NCBI RefSeq assembly: GCF_030028105.1
Contig: NC_092376.1
Span: 37,248,935-37,312,934, forward strand
Length of the DNA stretch: 64,000 nt
Source: Mobula birostris
Lineage: Eukaryota
Direction of reading: 5' to 3'
Both the position numbers and the translations under genes were made by a program. The notes beneath the pieces are model-generated. The model made no database searches. It saw nothing but the letters and a program-made list of their open reading frames with translations, and was not told where the DNA came from. Positions 11,015-26,129 of the stretch are shown here, piece after piece. Each line of letters opens with the position of its first letter. Within the stretch, counting starts at the first letter, position 1.

Positions 11015-13995
11015 CAATAGACAATAGACAATAGGTGCAGAAATAGACCATTCGGCCCTTCGAGCCTGCACCGCCATTCTGAGATCATGGCTGATCATCT
11101 ACTATCAATACCCGGTTCCTGCCTTGTCCCCATAACCCTTGATTCCCCTATCCATAAGATACCTATCTAGCTCCTTCTTGAAAGCATCCAGAGAATTGGC
11201 CTCCACTGCCTTCTGAGGCAGCGCGTTCCACACCTCCTCAACTCTCTGGGAGAAGAAGTTCCTCCTCAACTCTGTCCTAAATGACCTACCTCTTATTCTT
11301 AAACCATGCCCTCTGATACTGGACTCTCTCAGCATCTGGAACATATTTCCTGCCTCTATCTTGTCCAATCCCTTAATAATCTTATATGCCTCAATCAGAT
11401 CCCCCCTCAATCTCCTTAATTCCAGCGTGCACAAGCCCAGTCTCTCTAACCTCTCTGCGTCAGACAGTCTGGACATCTCAGGAATTAACCTAGTGAACCT
11501 ACGCTGCACCTCCTCCACAGCAAGGATGTCCTTCCTTAACCCTGGAGACCAAAACTGCACACAATACTCCAGGTGTGGTCTCACCAGGGCCCTGTACAAA
11601 TGCAAAAGGATTTCCTTGCTCTTGTACTCAATTCCCTTTGTAATAAAGACCAACATTCCATTAGCCTTCTTCACTGCCTGCTGCACTTGCTCATTCACCT
11701 TCAGAGACTGATGAACAAGTACTCCTAGATCTCTTTGTATTTCTCCCTTACCTAACTCCACACCATTCAGATAATAATCTGCCTTCCTGTTCTTGCTCCC
11801 AAAGTGAATAACCTCACATTTATTCACATTAAACGCCATCTGCCAAGTTTCTGCCCACACACCCAGCCTATCCAAGTCACCTTGAATTCTCCTAACATCC
11901 TCATCACATGTCACACTGCCACCCAGCTTAGTATCATCAGCAAACTTGCTGATGTTATTCACAATGCCTTCCTCTAAATCATTGACGTAAATCGTAAACA
12001 GCTGTGGTCCCAATACCGAGCCCTGTGGCACCCCACTAGTCACCATCTGCCATTCCGAGAAACACCCATTCACTGCTACCCTTTGCTTTCTATCTGCCAA
12101 TCAGTTTTCTATCCATGTCAATATCCTCCCCCCAATGCCATGAACTCTGATTTTACCCACCAATCTCCTATGTGGTACCTTATCAAATGCCTTCTGAAAG
12201 TCAAGGTACACCACATCCACTGGATCTCCCACGTCTATCTTCCTGGTTACATCCTCGAAAAACTCCAATAGATTAGTCAAGCATGATTTGCCCTTGGTAA
12301 ATCCATGCTGGCTCGGCCCAATCCTATCAATGCTATCAAGATATGCCGCTATTTCATCTTTAATAATGGACTCTAGCATCTTCCCCACTACTGATGTTAG
12401 GCTAACAGGGCGATGGTTCTCTGTTTTTTCCCTCCCTCCTTTCTTAAAAGGTGGGATAACATTAGCCATTCGCTAATCCTCAGGAACTGATCCTGAATCT
12501 AAGGAACATTGGAAAATGATCACCAATGCATCCGCAATTTCCAGAGCCACCTCCTTTAGTACCCTAGGATGCAGACCATCTGGACCTGGGGATTTGTTAG
12601 CCTTCAGTCCCATCAGTCTACTCATCACCGTTTCCTTCCTAATGTCAATCTGTTTCAGTTCCTCTGTTACCCTATGTCCTTGGCCCATCCATACATCTGG
12701 GAGATTGCTTGTGTCTTCCCTATGTATGGAGAAGACAGATCCAAAGTACTTATTAAATTCGTCTGCCATTTCTCTGTTTCCCACAACAATTTCTCCCAAT
12801 TCATTCTTCAAGGGCCCAACATTGTTCATAACGATCTTCCTTCTCTTCACATACCTAAAAAAAACTTTTGCTATCCTCCTTTATATTCCTAGCTAGCTTG
12901 CATTCATACCTCATTTTTTCTCCCCGTATTGCCTTTTTAGTTAAGGTCTGTTGCTCCTTAAAAATTTCCCAGTCATCCGTCTTCCCACTCACCTTAGCTC
13001 TGTTATACTTTTTTAATGCTATGCTATCTCTGACTTCCTTTATCAACCACTGTGGCCACTTTCCCCTCTTTGAATCCTTCCTTCTCCGGGGGATGAACTG
13101 ATTTTGCACCTTGTGCATTATTCCCAAGAATACCTGCCATTGCTGTTCCACTGTCTTTTCTGCTAGGATATCCGACCAGTCAACTTTGGCCAGCTCCTCC
13201 CTCATGGCTCCATAGTCTCCTTTGTTCAACTGCAATACTGACACTTCTGATCTGCCCTTATCCCTCTCAACTTGCAGATAAAAACTTATCATATTATGGT
13301 CACTACCTTCTAATGGCTCTTTTACTTCAAAATCACTTATCAAATCCTGTTCATTGCACAACACTAAATACAGAATAGCCTTATCCCTGGTCGGCTCTCG
13401 TACAAGCTGCTCCAAAAATGCATCCCGTAGGCACTCTACAAACCCCCTATCCTGGGGTCCAGTACCAACCTGATTTTCCCAGTTCACCTGCATGTTGAAA
13501 TCCCCTATAACTACTGCGACATTTCCTTTCCCACATGCCATTTTTAACTCCCTATTCAACTTGCACCCAATATCCATGCTACTGTTTGGGGGCCTGTAGA
13601 TAACACCTATTAGGGTCTTTTTGCCCTTACTGTTCTTCAGTTCTATCCACACTGACTCTACTTCATCTGATTCTATGTCCCCCCTTGCAAAGGACTGAAT
13701 CTCATTCCTCACCAACAGGGCCACCCCACCCCCTCTGCCCACCTTTCTGTCCCTTCAATAGCACGTATACCCTTGTACATTCAATTCCCAGGTCAGATCC
13801 CCCTGCAGCCATGTCTCCGTTATCCCAACAACATCATAGTTACCCATTCGCACCTGAGCTTCAAGCTCATCCGCCTTATTTCTGACACTTCGTGCATTCA
13901 GATATAGAATTTTTAACCCATTTTTCCTCTCTGTGTTTAAATCGCTGCCTATCATGCATAACCCAGCTCCCCGAACTCTCACCGGGCTATACGCC
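11015..13995 (-). mobile_element. Young 5'-truncated CR1 with near-complete ORF2 (APE endonuclease + RT)
   Basis: ORFs 13755-13982, 12855-13742, 12473-12850, 12101-12469, 11105-12100 (YLNARS, GDFN, SDHN, GVPQGSVLGP, KFADD); (caataga)n tail. Confidence 0.97.
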
Positions 13996-15699
13996 TCTTT
14001 CCTGTAATGGAGCCATCACATTACACCGTACCCTTGACTTTTTTTCATTGCAGTGACTTGATTGATCTAAACTGAACCAAAGCTTGCTGGTAAATACTGC
14101 CAATTCTAGTGGTGATCCACCATCACTCATCCCTATAAATGCTGGCAAATTCAAACTCCAGCGCAGACACATTCATAATATGTAAGTCCCCGACTACCTC
14201 AGACTCCACTTGGTAAAATCGGTCAATTTGCTGTACCACTGAATGCAGCTTGGAGTTCAGTGGTGTAACTCAAACTTGGTGCAAGGCCCCAAAGCTTCCC
14301 ACTGGGGACTCTGCTCACTTATTTCAATGGAAGCCTCAGAACTATGTGGAAAAGATAATAAATTTATTTATTTAAAATACCTTTGAAGACAGTAATGCTA
14401 TGTTATTTCCTAAAATGTGTAATTATGAAATCTTTCAAAAAACTTAGGAGCCTTGACAGGTGATAAAATAGAGGGCCAACAATTTAGCCAATCTAGTAAA
14501 TTTGGGCATTGGAAATCTGAGCATCAAGTGCAATTGATGTTAACACATTGCAACCTAGGATATTTAAATGCTTTGCCACAGCTACACACACCAGCAGAGC
14601 AATGGTGGGCAAGGGAATAAAAGATATCCATTTCCTCCTGTCCTTAATATTTTAGAATTATATGTTGTCCTTTATGTTTTTTTCAACCTGCTAGTAATGT
14701 TTACAATGAATACTGGTGGAATAATAGAAGTAGAGCAGTTTCGTATCAGTAATTGTCTTCACTAAGGAAATGTATTGGCTTTAATATTTTGGTTGCATTC
14801 AGATACAATTGTGAAATTTCCATTGTAGAAGTTTTACAATATAGTAAAATACTGCAGTCTTCCAAATCATTTATTGAAGCAGCAGTTCCAGGAACTGAGA
14901 CACACTAATGTGTCAACATGACTTTTAATGTGAATGTGAATAGGTCATCATGTTCAAGATTGCACTTGTTGGAAGATCCTCTTGCTTCTGTGGCCTGATC
15001 ATAAGATCTAGATGAAATCAGTGAGGTTGTTCATGAGACTGAAAAGTACACACAGTGCTTGGAAGAATATTGATAAAAGGCCTGGTCATTTGTATTACAA
15101 AAACAACCTGGAATGCATCCATGAAATAAATTTTTTTAATAATGGGCCCTATATATTGAGATGCATTATATTTTAGACACCTTTAATGTGAAAAACAAAT
15201 TTCTATACATATCCTTTGTCTAAGGCATTCACCAATCAAACATTCATTTTCTATTTTATTCAGTATTTGGGACAACTCTTCAACCATAACATATCCTGGA
15301 GGATCATTTGAGCATGGACAATCTCTTGGGATTTTTCATATGATTCAATAACATTAATCCTAGAAACCTATGTCTCCTAAAAAGTTAGAAGGAACGTGGT
15401 AAGAGAAGAATATAATAATGTGGGAATATTGCCATGATGAGGACAAAATGATATACATTTTGTTTTATAGCCCAAGCCAATTGAACTCAAGTTAATCAGG
15501 CAAACCAGCAAGAAACACAAACTACAAATGTCATCATAACCTTGTTTGCTAAACTGTAACTACTGCCTTATTTTTATTTCTTTACCTGTATTTCAGCTCA
15601 GTTACACCATTCCATAGTAGCCTAATATTTGACTAAGATATGTCTTAGAACTTTAACCACACTCCAATAATTTATCTAGTCCAACAAAAATAGGCTGAA

Positions 15700-17852
15700 C
15701 AGTGGATTTAAGTTGGCTCTTTTTGACACTGATCAACAGAAAAAGACTCTTTCGTGTCAAATTGAAAACTGATCTCTACAAATTGATCTGCTAAATTAAT
15801 TACAAATATAAAACACAAAGTAATTGATTGCATGAACAATCACCCTCACAATTCGGTATTTAGTAGATGCACCTTTGACAGCAATTACAGCCTTGAGTCT
15901 GTGTGGATAGGTCTCTGTCAGCTTTGCACATCTGGACCCTGCAATTTTCCCCCATTCTTCTTTACAAAACTGCTCGAGCTCTGTTAGGTTGCATAAGGAT
16001 TATGAGTTAACAGCCCTTTTCAAGTCCAGCCACAAATTCTCAATTGGATTGAGGTCTGGACTCTGACTTGGCCGCTCCAGAACATCAGCTTTGTTGCTTT
16101 TAAACCAATGCTATGTAGCTCTGGCTTTAGACTTGGGGTCATTATAATGCTGGAAAGCAGATCTTCTCACACATCGCAGTTCTCTTGCAGACTGCATCAG
16201 CTTTTCCTCCAGGATTTCCCTGTATTTTACTGCATTCATTTACTCTCTACTTTCACAAGCCTTCCAGGGCCGCTGCAGTGAAGCAGCCCCAAAGCATGAT
16301 GCAGCCACCACTATGCTTCATGGTAGGGATGGTGAATTTTTGATGATATGCGGTACTTGGCTCATGCCAAACATAGCATTTCGTCTGATGGCCAAAAAAA
16401 CTCAATTTTGGTTTCATCAGAACTCAGAACTTTCTTCCAGCTGAGTTCAGTCTCCCATGCCTTCTGGAAAACTCTAGTCAAGGTGTCATATGAGTTTTTT
16501 CAACAGTGGCTTTCTCTTTGCCACTCTCGCATAAATCAGTAACTGATGAAGCACTCAAGCAACAGTTGTAGTATGTGCAGTCTCTCTCATCTCAGCCTCT
16601 GAAGCTTGTAACTCCTCCAGAGTTGTCATAGGTCTCTTGGTTGCCTCCCTCACAAGTCCCCTTCTTGCATGGTCACTTAGTTTTTGAGGACAACCTGCTC
16701 TAGGCAGATTTACAGCTGTGCCATATTCTTTCCATTTCTTGATGATTGACTTAACTATACTCCAAGGGATATTCAGTGACTTGGAAATTTTCTTGTATCC
16801 ATCTCCTGACTTGTGCTTTTCAATAACCTTTTTGCAGAGTTGCTAGGAGTATCCTTTTGTCTTCATGGTGCAGTTTTTGCTGAGATACTGACTCACCAGC
16901 AGTTGGACCTTCCAGATACGGGAGTATTTTTACTATGGTCAATTGAAACACTTTGACAGCACGCAGTTCTCTGAAACCAGGGCTCCATTTAACTACAAAC
17001 AAGAGGAAATCTGCAAATGCTGAAAATCCAAGCAACACACGTAAAATACTGGAGGAATTCAGCATGCCAGGCAGCATCTATGGAAAAGAGTACAGTTGAT
17101 GTTTCGTGCCAAGAACCTGTGGCAGGACTGGAGAACAAAAGCTGAGGAGTAGATTTAAAATGCGGAGAAAGGGGAGAGAGAAACACAGGGTGATAGGTGA
17201 AACCTGAAGGGGGAGGGATGAAGTAAAGAGCTGGGAAGTTGACTGATGAAAGAAATACAGGGCTGGAGAAGGGGGAGTCTGATAGAAGAGGACAGAAGGC
17301 CATGGAAGAAGGAAAATAGGTGAGGGAACCAGAGGGAGGTGATGAGCAGGCAAGGAGATAAGGTGAGAGAGGGAAAAGGGGGTGGGGAATGGTGAAGTGG
17401 GGGGAGAGGGCATTACCAGAAGTTCAGGAAATCGATGTTCATGCCATCAGGTTGGAAGCAACCCAGACAGAATATAAAGTGTTGTTCCTCCAACCTAAGT
17501 GTAGCCTCATCATGACAGTGGAGGCGAACCTGAATAGACATATCGGAATGGGAATGGGAAGTCGAATGACATATCTCCATTTAACTAACTATGTGACTTC
17601 TAAAACCACTTGGCTGCACCAATGATGATTTGGTGTGTCATATTAAAGGGGGTGAATATTTATACAATCTATTATTTTGTGTTTTGAAATTAATTTAGGT
17701 CACTTTGTAGAGATCTCCTTTCACTTCGATACGAAATAATCGTTTTCTGTTGATCAGTGTCAAAAAAGCCTAATTAATGCACTGTGATTCAATGTTGCAA
17801 AACAAAAAAACATGAAAATTTCAAAGGGGGTGAATACTTTTTATAGGCACTA
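15700..17852 (-). mobile_element. Defective Tc1 transposon with ~200-bp TIRs (left TIR outer end missing)
   Basis: Inverted match of ~15700-15845 to ~17650-17785; minus-strand KHSGGCIMLWGCF near 16280-16320; ATG at 16866. Confidence 0.88.
16996..17574 (-). mobile_element. 5'-truncated PLE inserted in the Tc1
   Basis: 13-bp TSD ctccatttaacta (16983-16995, 17575-17587); includes end of GIY-YIG coding sequence. Confidence 0.9.
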
Positions 17853-19082
17853 TACAGGATTGTTGTTTAAGTGTTCAGTGAATTACCTAAAGTAAACAGT
17901 GAAATGTTCTATCTAATCTCTTCAGAATACAGAGAAGGGTGGAGGTTGCATTGCCCAGTTACTGAATCCTTGGCCTGATATCAATTACCTACATTTCTAA
18001 AATTGCTGTACTGCAAAACCTTTTTATTTCTTTCTGTGCTATTTATAAAGAACCACTGTGAATTAAACTTTGATTGACATCGCCTATCCTTTGATTATTC
18101 AACATGACATTTTAAAATTATTTTCCAAATATAATATGTCATCCTTTGCAATTTGTTGCAATGTTCCATTGAAGAAAAATCATTGTGCATCTTTGTAATT
18201 ATGAATAGAATTTTACACAGCCAATGGGCATTGGCTCCATGATGAATTAACAGAGCTATCTTGTATGAACAGGCTTTGGTGGCTTTTCTTCTGGTTCCAT
18301 TGTTTTTACAGTGGTTCAGAATTGTCTTTGTTCAGCTTATTCTTTGAGAATATAATATTTATGAATATGTAAATGAATTTAAATACCAAGCCATTTTGTA
18401 AAGCTAGGAATGCCCTTTGCTTTGTTGACTGTTAAACATGGGTATGTAAGGCATTTGCACTGACGTTTGACTGAAAATAGTTTGCAGTGAATCACTAACT
18501 ACAGGTAGGAGATTATTTCTACAGCTCATCGTCCTTGAGACAAAAGGCTAAATTTTAACTTCTTGATATGCTGGGCACAGGAGAGCATAATGTTCTGCAC
18601 TGTGTTTGTAAGAGGGACTTAAATTTGAGACCATAAGACCAGAAAATACAGGAGCTGAATTAGGCCATTTGGCCCATCGAGTCTACTCCACCATTTCATC
18701 ATGGCTGATCCATTTATCCTCTCAGCCTCAATGTTCTGTTTCTCCCTGTATCCCTTCATACCCTGAAGGGATCTATCAACCTCTGCCTTAAATATACATA
18801 AAGACTTGGCCTCCACAACTGCCTTTGGCAATGAATTCCACAGATTCACCACACGGGCTGAAGAATTTCTCCTCAACTCTGTTCTAAAAGGACACCCTAC
18901 TATCCTGAGGCTATGTCCTCTGGTCTTAGGCTGTCACATCATAAGAAACATCCTTTCCACATTCAAGCTCTCAAGGCCTTTCACCACTCGATAGGTTTCT
19001 TATTTTTTGTTATTTATTTTTTACTGAAGTTCATCATCAAACAAACTTTTCCATAAGACGTATTTCAGACATTGTACATATA

Positions 19083-20657
19083 CTTTATACTTTATTGTCG
19101 CCAAACAATTGATACTAGAATGTACAATCATCACAGCGATATTTGATTCTGCACTTCACGTTGCCTGGAGTACAAATCAATAGTAAATATTAAAAATTTA
19201 AATTATATACCATAAATAGAAAATAGAAAAGGGAAAGTAAGGTAGTGCAAAAAAAAATGAGAGGCAGGTCCAGATATTTGGAGGGTACGGCCCAGATCCG
19301 GGTCAGGATCCGTTCAGCAGTCTTATCACAGTTGGAAAGAATCTGTTCCCAAATCTGGCCGTACAAGTCTTCAAGCTCCTGAACCTTCTCCCAGAGGGAA
19401 GAGAGACGAAAAGTGTGTTGGCTGGGTGGGTCGTGTCCTTGATTATCCTGGCAGCACCGCTCCAACAGCATGCAGTGTAAAGTGAGTCCAAGGACGGAAG
19501 ATTGGTTTGTGTGATGTGCTGGGCTGTGTTCCCGATCTTCTGCAGCTTCTTCCGGTCTTGGACAGGACAACTTCCATACCAGGTTGTGATGCACCCTAGA
19601 AGAATGCTTTCTATGGTATAGCTATAAAAATTAATGAGGGTTTTAGGGATAGGCCAAATTTCTTTAGTTTTCTCAGGAAGTAAAGGCGCTGGTGGGCCTT
19701 CTTGGCAGTGGACTCTGCTTGGTTGGATCAAGTCAGGTCATTTGTTATATTGACCCCAAGGAACTTAAAACTTTTGACCTGTTCCACTTGTGCACCACTG
19801 ACGTAAGCGGGGTCGTGCGGTCCGCTACTCCTTTTGAAGTCAACAACCAATTCCTTCGTCTTGCTGACATTGAGGGATGTCTTCGCACCATGCCACCAGG
19901 TTCTTAATTTCTTCTCTGTACTCAAACTCATCATTACCCGAGATATGGCCTACAATTGTTGTGTCATCAGCAAACTTACATACTGAGTTCGATGGAAACT
20001 TGCTACACAATCATGGGTGTACAGCAATTACAGCAGGGGGCTGAGTACACAGCCTTGTGGGGCACTAGTGCTCAGAGTGATTGTAGAGGAGAGCTTGTCC
20101 CCTACTTTTACAGCCTGGGTCCTGTCTGTGAGTAAGTTGAAGATCCAGCTGCAGATCTGAGTGCTAAGGCCCAGGTCCTGGAGCTTAGGAATCAGTTTAT
20201 TTGGAATGATGGTATTAAGGGCAGAGCTGTAGTCGATGAAAAGGAGCCTTACATATGTGTCTTTATTCTCCAGGTGTTCTAAGGAGGAATGTAGGGCCAG
20301 AGAGATGGCATCTGCTGTTGACCTGTTGCTCCGGTAGGCGAATTGCAAAGCGTCGCGGTTGACTGGTAGGCTGTGGTTGATGTGTGCCATAACCAATCGC
20401 TCAAAGCACTTCATAGCAATTGATGTCAGAGCCACAGGTTGATAGTCATTCAGGCATGCCACCTTGCTCTTCTTTAGCACCAGGATTATCGTTGCCTTCT
20501 TAAAACACAAGGTGATCTTAAACTGAAACGAGGAGCAGTTGAAGATGTCAGCAAACACTCCAGCTAGCTCGCTTGCACAGGCCCGGAGAACCCATCCCGG
20601 GATGCCATCTGGGCCCGTAGCCTTCCTTAGATTTATCTTCAGGAAGACCCTGAAGAT
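19083..20657 (-). mobile_element. Rex-Babar LINE inserted in the L1 3' UTR
   Basis: ORFs 20028-20558, 19728-19934, 19303-19731 ([22 protein letters not shown]); (taaagta)n tail; sits in a TA run. Confidence 0.93.
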
Positions 20658-23600
20658 AATATATATATCATATAATCATATTTGCTGCAAATCTCCACAT
20701 AATATTTATCTGAGGTATATACCTATAGAAAAGGGAGGAAAGAAAGAACAAGCAAAAGGAGAAAACTGTGTACGTAGGGAGTGATCTTTTTTTTTACAAC
20801 ATATTCATTGATTTATGAGAATAAAATCAGGCCTATGAGGTGTTATGTAGTTGAACCATTTTCCCAGTATGAATCGAATTGTTCCAACTTACGATTAACA
20901 GATGCTGTTATCTTCTCCATTTTGTAAATGTCCATTGTAATTTCCATCCATGCGTTTAAAGTTGGGCTCTCCTGTGATAAACATTTCCTGATAAGAGTCT
21001 TTTTACCAGCTACCAGCAGTACATTCATTAAATATTTATCTCTTTTCAACCATTCTTGAGGTACATACCCAAAATATATGGTCTTACCTCCTAAGGGTAT
21101 TTCCCATTTAAAAATGTCTTGTAGGGCATTGTGTATCCCACACCAACAGTCTTTGATAACGGGGCGATCCCAGAAAATATGATAATGGTTTGCATTTTGA
21201 TTTCCACAATTTTTCCAGCAAACAGGGAGGTTACTGTCATAATGGGATTTCTGAGAGGGTGTAATAAAATATCTTATCAAGTTTTTCCATCCAAACTCCC
21301 TCCATTTCTGTGAACTGGTACACTTCCATTGATACCTCCATATTATTGTCCATTCTTCTTCAGATATAATTATCCCTCCTTCCTTCTCCCATTTTGTTTT
21401 AATGTATGAAGTTGAATGTGTTTTAAGATTTGACAAACCCTTACACACGCTTGAAATGATTCTACTACCATTATCTGAATTATATGCTTTTCTAAATAGC
21501 TCTATCAAACATATACTTGCCTTGGTTATATTTTTAACCCTCCTATTAACATACTGTCGCATCTGTAGATACTGAATAAAATCTTGTTTTACAAATAAGT
21601 GTTTCTCTTTAAGCATTTCAAAACTGAACAGTGTTCCTTCTTTCATTATATTACAAAGAACTGTTATTCCTTTAGCTGTCCAGCCCTTAAATCTAGCATC
21701 CAGTATATTCGGCATAAAATCCAAGTCATATGCATACCATTTAAGAATTGCAATATCTCCCTCTAGTTTATATTCTTTTTATAATAGTTTTCCATATTTT
21801 AAGAGTCCATTTCACTCATGGATTATCAAAAGTATTTATGTACCTTTGTAGGTTGTTATCAGCCAAAATTGCCTGTATGGGGATGTATCCCCTCCTCCAT
21901 ATTTTTCCATTGAGCGTCATATGATGGGTTGCACCAGCATATCACAGCTCTCAACTGTGCTGCAAAATAATAATCTCTAAGAGAAGGTAGGCCCCATCCC
22001 CCTTTTCCTTGGCTAATTGCAAATTTTTGAGACGAACTCTAGGCCTTTTACCTTGCCATATATATCTTGATAACATTTTGTTCCATTCATTGAATTGATT
22101 CTGATTAATGTCTACTGGTAGGGTCTGAAAGAGATATAATAGTTTGGGCAATATATTCATTTTAATAGATTCAATCCTTGAACTGAGACTAAAAAAAGGA
22201 ATTGGGTTCCATCTTGTTATATCTTCTTTAATTTTTTATATATGGGCTGATAATTGCATTCTGATAATTTTGCCAAATCTTTTGGCATAATGATGCCCAA
22301 ATATTTGAAAGACTGTGTTTGCCATGCCCAAGGATATCTACTTCCAATTTCTCTTGGTGGGCTATAGTTATATGAAAGTGATTGGGTTTTATCTATGTTG
22401 ATCTTGTATCCTGATAATTGACCATATTGTTCAAAGGATTGCATCAATTTAGGTAAAGAGTATGTTGGTTGCCCTAGATAGATCAAAATGTCGTCTCCGT
22501 AACAGGCCAATTTATGCTCTGTCCCTTTAATAGTAAGTCCCCTGATATCTTCATTTTGTCTGATGTATTGAGCTAATGGTTCCAGATATAATGCGAAGAA
22601 TAGTGGTGACCATGCACAACCCTGTCCTGTGCCTCTTTCTAGGGTAAAACTATTTGATAAATATCCATTGATTTTAATCCTAGCAGTAGGGTTGTCATAT
22701 AGTGCCTGTATAGTTTTAATGATTGTGTCATAGAAACCAAATCTATGTAAAACTCTGAAGAAAATTCCAATTAACCGAATCAAATGCCTTTTCAGTGTCC
22801 ATGCTTATCATTATTGCTTCGATTTTATTTTTTGTATATGATCCATAATGTGAAATGTCCTTCATATATTGTCTTGTGTTTGGCATTGTTGTATAAAACC
22901 TGTCTGATCCTTATGTATCAGTATGGGTAGAAACTCTTCTAATCTATAATCTACATTAAGAACAGATATTGGTCTAAATGACCCACATTCCATTTTATCC
23001 TTGCCTTCTTTCAGTATAGCTGAGATTATCGCTTCCTTCCAGCTGGGTGGCATTTGTGCCTTTTTTAGAGCCCAGTTCAGTGTGGGGAGTAAGACAGGAA
23101 TTAACTCATTTTTAAATTCTTTGTACCACTCTACAGTATACCCATCTGGATCTGGTGACTTGCTTAATTTAATTGCAGTTCAACTTCAGCAGTCATCGTT
23201 CTATTTTGTTCTTCGCTTAAAGTGGATAACTCTAAGAAAGTATCAATTTGGGTTATGCTTCCCCCTGGAACTTTGGAATATAGAGTTTTGTAAAACACTT
23301 TTAAAGCTTCTTGAATTTCATTTAGCTTATTTTTTATCATTTTTGTTCTTGGATCCCTAATTCTATGAATTGTATTTTTTGCTATCTTTTTCTTCAGTTT
23401 CCATGCCAGTATTTTCATAGACTTAGATCCACTTTCATAATGTCTCTGTTTCAGAAGCATTAAATTTTTCCTTATTTCTTGCATAGCCAAACTATTAATT
23501 TCATTACTAATTTTTAAAATTTCCTCTAATGCATCCCATGCCAAATTCAATTTGTGTTTTTTTTTCTAGTTCCTTCAGCCTATTTTGTAATTCCTCTAAT

Positions 23601-26103
23601 GCTTTATTCCTTATTTTTTCTTATATGAAGATATCGCTATGATGTTCCCTCTTAAGACAGCCTTCAGAGTATCCCATAGAATGGGAGGTGAAACCTCTCC
23701 ATTATCATTGAATTCTAAGTAAAGACCAATTTCTTTTTTGATTTGTTCCTTAAAGTAGGGATCATTGAGTAGACTTGAATTTAGCTTCCAAATAGTATTC
23801 TTTGGTTGTAGGTCAAAATCAACAGATAAATATATAGGTTCATGGTCACTTACATCTATTGTCCTAATTCCACAGGTGTTTATTTTGTCTTTGTCTCTTC
23901 CAAATGTTATGAAATAGTCTATTCTTGTGTCTATAGAATGGGGGGGGGGGCAGAATAATGAGTGTAATCCCTTCTGTCGGGGAAAAGGTCCCTCCATATA
24001 TCAATTAAACCAACATCCTCAAAAAGTGTATTAACTCTCTTATGTAAGGATTTTGTTTCATAGGTTTTTCTATTGGAAGAGTCTAACTTTGGTTGTAATT
24101 GTAAATTTAAGTCTCCCCCACATATCAGGAGACCTTCTGTTTCTGTTACCATAATATTAGTAATTTTCTGAAAGAAACTAATATCACTTCCTGGGGGTGC
24201 GTATATATTCAATAGAGTAACCGAATCTCCATCTATATTCCCCGTTACCAGCATATATCTGCCCACCTTCTCTCCCATTTTGAATACTTCTTCAAAATTT
24301 ACCTTGCTTAAGGTAAGAATAGCAACTCCTCTCCTATGTCCTGATTTTATATGAGGAGAAAAACAAATTAATGAAGCCCATTCTCTTTAGTTTTCCATGC
24401 TCATTATCACTTAAGTGAGTTTCCTGTAAGTACACTACATGGGCTTGTTCTTTTTTTTCATTTTGGATAAAATTTTACTGCATTTGATTGGATTTAACAG
24501 CACTTTGACATTAAAAGAAATGAGTTTTACTTTGTCCTTAGCCATGTGTATTTATCTGTTAATATATCATTGAAATTAGCAGAATAAGATTTAATCGATC
24601 TACTCCCTGAGCAAATAAGTACCAAGAAATGTGAATAATTTAAAAAAAGGCAATGAAGGTGTGATTGCAAGGCTGAGGTCTCTAGTAGATGACCCTGGGT
24701 TGAGCTAGAGGAAATGTCCAGCCGTGGAGGATAGCCCCTCCTCCCTGTGAGTTGGGGGCCCCCATGACAGAACCCATAAAAGTAAGTGAACAAGTCTATG
24801 TCCATTACACAGAAAAGATTTCCTTGTGTACTCCCATATATATATTCTCATTTAGGTGGGGAAAAAGGAGTGAATGAATGAATTTAAAATATTGAGTAAT
24901 ATAAAATCCACATTATAATAAGTTTTTCTTGAAATAGGTATAGCACCATCTACTTTTGCTTCTGTTTATCTAATCAACACTTCTAAAGTTAGCCAAACCT
25001 TATGGCTCTTCTGGAGGGGGTGAGGGCTGTCTTCAGAAAATTCACAGTCTCTTCCTGATATTTCCTCGCCCTCCTCCCATCCCCTGCTTTCTCGGTTCTC
25101 TTACTATTTCCCAAGCAGATCGGGATAACTGCCCAGCCAGGCTTTCCCTCGGTTTGATCACGCTGATAGGCAGCCCTCTGTCCCTCATGTCTATAGTCGC
25201 CTCTTCCACTGTCTGATACAGTTGTACACCATCTTCATAAAACACCCGCAGTTTAGCAGGGTACGGAGTTTGGAATCTAATTTTTCCCTGCTTTAATATT
25301 TGCGTTACTGCATGGTATTCCTTACGTTTCTGCAGGACCACCAGGGGAGTGATCTTGATCGAAATATATTAACTTCCCATCCAAAAACACACTCTTCTTA
25401 CCCCAGGCCCTTCGTAGAATCTCCACCTTGGTATTGTATCGAAGGAATCCAATTACTATTGAGCGTGGCTTATCTTCTCTGTCTCCAGTAGGCCTCGGAA
25501 CGAGTGCACGATGCGGCCTCTCAATTTCAAGCTAGGGAATCTCTAGCGTATCCTGCAGCAACTTTCCTACAAACTCCATCATAGACAAACCCTACACTCC
25601 TTCAGGAACATTGTCTATCCTGATATTTTTCCATCGTGATCTTCCCTCCTGGTCAATCAGTTTACTTTCTTGTTGATTTAATATTTTTATCGTTTTACTT
25701 AGTATCCATTCCACGTTTTGCACACAATCTTCTACCTTCTCAATTCGCATCTCTGCCACCGCTATTTTTTGATTGACGTTGGCGAGCTCTGATTTGATAT
25801 CATTGAGTTGCTGTTTTATATTTTTTTGGAATCCCCGTATCTCTTCCAGAATTTTTATCGTATTTGCCGCTTCGCCTGAACGAGGCCCATCATCAGCCTC
25901 GCTAGCACGCATTCGGGTAGGAGAGCCAGGCGTTGCACCTTTCTCATCCATAGGCTCCACAGCGATGCTTTTTTTTATCTCCATTCTTTTTCCCCATTCT
26001 TGCCACCCTTGTCAATTCAGATATCTTTGAAAGGTCTTATGTTTGATGGATTAACGGGGCAATATATGTGTTTTTCTAGACGAGCTGTTGATTTAAGCTG
26101 TCA

Positions 26104-26129
26104 TTCCGGACGATGACGTCACTGGAACC
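26104..26129 (-). promoter_or_regulatory. Putative L1 internal promoter with CRE/ATF and ETS-like motifs
   Basis: TGACGTCA palindrome at 26114-26121 and adjacent CCGGAA (minus strand) at the L1 5' terminus; function inferred. Confidence 0.45.

Larger units (their letters stand above)
19000..26129 (-). mobile_element. Full-length decayed L1-clade LINE (ORF1 + APE-RT-CCHC ORF2)
   Basis: 16-bp TSD ccactc(g/a)ataggtttc (18984-18999, 26130-26145); A-rich tail; ORF1 pieces 25592-25984 and 25042-25341 (IRFQTPYPAKLRVF); ORF2 pieces 20843-24278 (NIYAP, RIDYF, YGDD, CWKNC..H). Confidence 0.95.

Noticed and set aside
14053-14180. Exon-like AG..GTAAGT block
   Set aside because: Early stops in all frames and no motif support.
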